From positions 1,054,001 through 1,118,000 of the forward strand of contig MU008164.1 of assembly GCA_010909165.1 (NCBI GenBank): 64,000 nucleotides of DNA, written 5' to 3'. The DNA comes from Anthoceros angustus. Lineage: Eukaryota > Plantae > Anthocerotophyta. Of the stretch, positions 62,354-64,000 are shown piece by piece; the stretch's first letter is position 1; every line of letters starts with the position of its first letter. The notes below the pieces were generated by a model. It did not search any database, was not told where the DNA came from, and saw nothing but the letters and a program-made list of their open reading frames with translations. The position numbers were made by a program, and so were the translations under genes.

Positions 62354-64000
62354 CAATTTCTACCAATGGTGTGCCTCAGGTACTAGCACCAAGGGCATCC
62401 ACTCCTTCAAGGCATTCATTGTTATTAATGTGTGTCCATTTGGCCTCAATCTGCCCCGAGTGTGGGGCTATGCAAAGTCATGGGCATAATGACCGAGCAA
62501 GAAAGTGAAGAGACCTTTAGTCTTCTCCAAAGCTTTTTTAAAGCTATCTACACTTGTGACTTGGGCTAGGATTTACATGCTAGGAATTGAGGAGACTTTA
62601 TTCAAAACACGGACAAAGGTACTCCTATCTACATAGGTACTCCACATGGAGAGCTCCCATGAGAGCTTCCAGCAGAAACCACGTCCATGTGGTTCTTAAC
62701 ATGCGAAACATTCTAACAGCTGGCCATGGAGACGGTGTTTGTGTGTGGTGGTGGGTTGGTCAGAAGTGCTTTGGCTATGGACCACAAGGCTAACAGGGGA
62801 CAGCTGTCGCATACACTTGTTTGCAGCTCACAGATGTTTGGAGGCCGGCAACAAGCCGTTTTGAGCCATAACTTAGCCCGACACGGATGAGGGATGAGGG
62901 ATGAGGGAAGGTTCTGGACGTCAGGCATTGATAGGAGGCGAATCTCGGGCCGCCGAGATTGCGCGGACGACCGCATTTGTTCCCGGCCAGAAGATGGGCT
63001 TCCCTGCGCGCGGCGAAACCACGCCGGCGAAACGCCACTCCACGTGACCTAATTCCCAGCGCTGCCCGCCCCTGGCACCCAGCCGCTGATGTGGCAACAG
63101 CGCTTCCCAGCCACATCATCCGTCCCGCGACCGCGACCGGCAGTCCGGGACCGGTCGCCGGCCTCTGCCGCCTCGGACCCGGACCTGCAAGGCTGCAACC
63201 TGAGGCCCCGGAGCCTGCTGTGTGTGCGCGTGTCCCAGCCACCCGAGCCGCAGGAGCCACAAGCTTTTCGTAATTTGAGAAAACCTTTTTATTTGCGGAA
63301 ATTTCTCAGCCAAAAGCTTTTCCTCTCTCCAGCGGCCGCCTCTCTCCTCGCACGCGCACCTCGGGCCTGCGCCCGGTCTTTACGTTCCCGGCGCGCCTCA
63401 CGTTTCGGTCGCGAGGCGCGGGACGTGTAAGCCGGGCGGTCGGGTACACATGGGGTCCCTCCCTCCCGCTTGCCTGCCTGCTCGCTGGCTCTGCTTTGCG
63501 TGCTGCTGTTCCTGCTCCCCTCAGATTGGTGTTCTGCCTTCGCCGCAGCGCCTGCTGGTGTTGTGCACGTCTCCGTGCTGGCTCGAGAGTTGCTGTTGAA
63601 GCGCGCGCGACTGGAATCGGTGCAGGGTTGGCTCGATTCCCGCAGATCCAGCCCGCAGGCATTCGCTCCTTGTGGGAGGCAGCAGCAGCCGGGAAGGCGC
63701 TGCGGTGGCTGTTCCGGTCTCTGCTGAGCCCGCCTGCTCGGCCGTGCTTTCTGCTGGAAGCTCTCTTGGAGCAAGAGGAAGCTCGGACTGCCGCTCTTCT
63801 GCTGCTTTGCTCCGCCCTTCGCCTCTGGTTCGGGGGTAGGGATACCGGCCTTGCGCTTGGTTGAGTCCTGCCGGGCGCATTTTCGCTGCCCATCTCTGTC
63901 CGGATCCTGGGTTTGGTTGTGGGCGATAGAGAGCGTTCGTTTCGTGGTCGTTCTTCGACGTTTTGTCACATTTCAGCCCCTTTTGTCCCATTCGGAGGCC

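Noticed and set aside
62790-63991. Several long ORFs at the window end
   Set aside because: GC-rich, low-complexity and with no recognisable domain; probably the promoter or 5' region of a gene beyond the window.

Overview
Eukaryotic nuclear DNA from a seed-free land plant, most likely a hornwort (inference from ~75-120 nt GT-AG introns, a flagellar CCDC40 gene, and a PLS-class PPR with long L motifs and a WW-type DYW domain). About half the window is nested transposons: three Ty1/copia LTR elements, a CRE-like RLE non-LTR retrotransposon, a CACTA element and two MITE-like TIR families. The host genes are CCDC40, SMG9, RPN10, a DRM1/ARP dormancy-auxin protein, threonine aldolase, an FQR1/WrbA quinone reductase, a 1565-aa PPR-DYW protein and a PPIL1-like cyclophilin. 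The TE parts carry many 1-bp indels and head-to-tail duplications that may be long-read assembly errors, while the host genes read cleanly. Most notable: (1) an apparent intron-containing antisense gene between pol and the 3' LTR of the 10.8-kb copia element; (2) a PPR editing factor that fuses an OSB-type PDF ssDNA-binding motif to about 36 PPR motifs and an atypical deaminase domain (HAE...SxxC); (3) extra ORFs upstream of gag in two copia elements. All identifications are by eye; no database searches were run.
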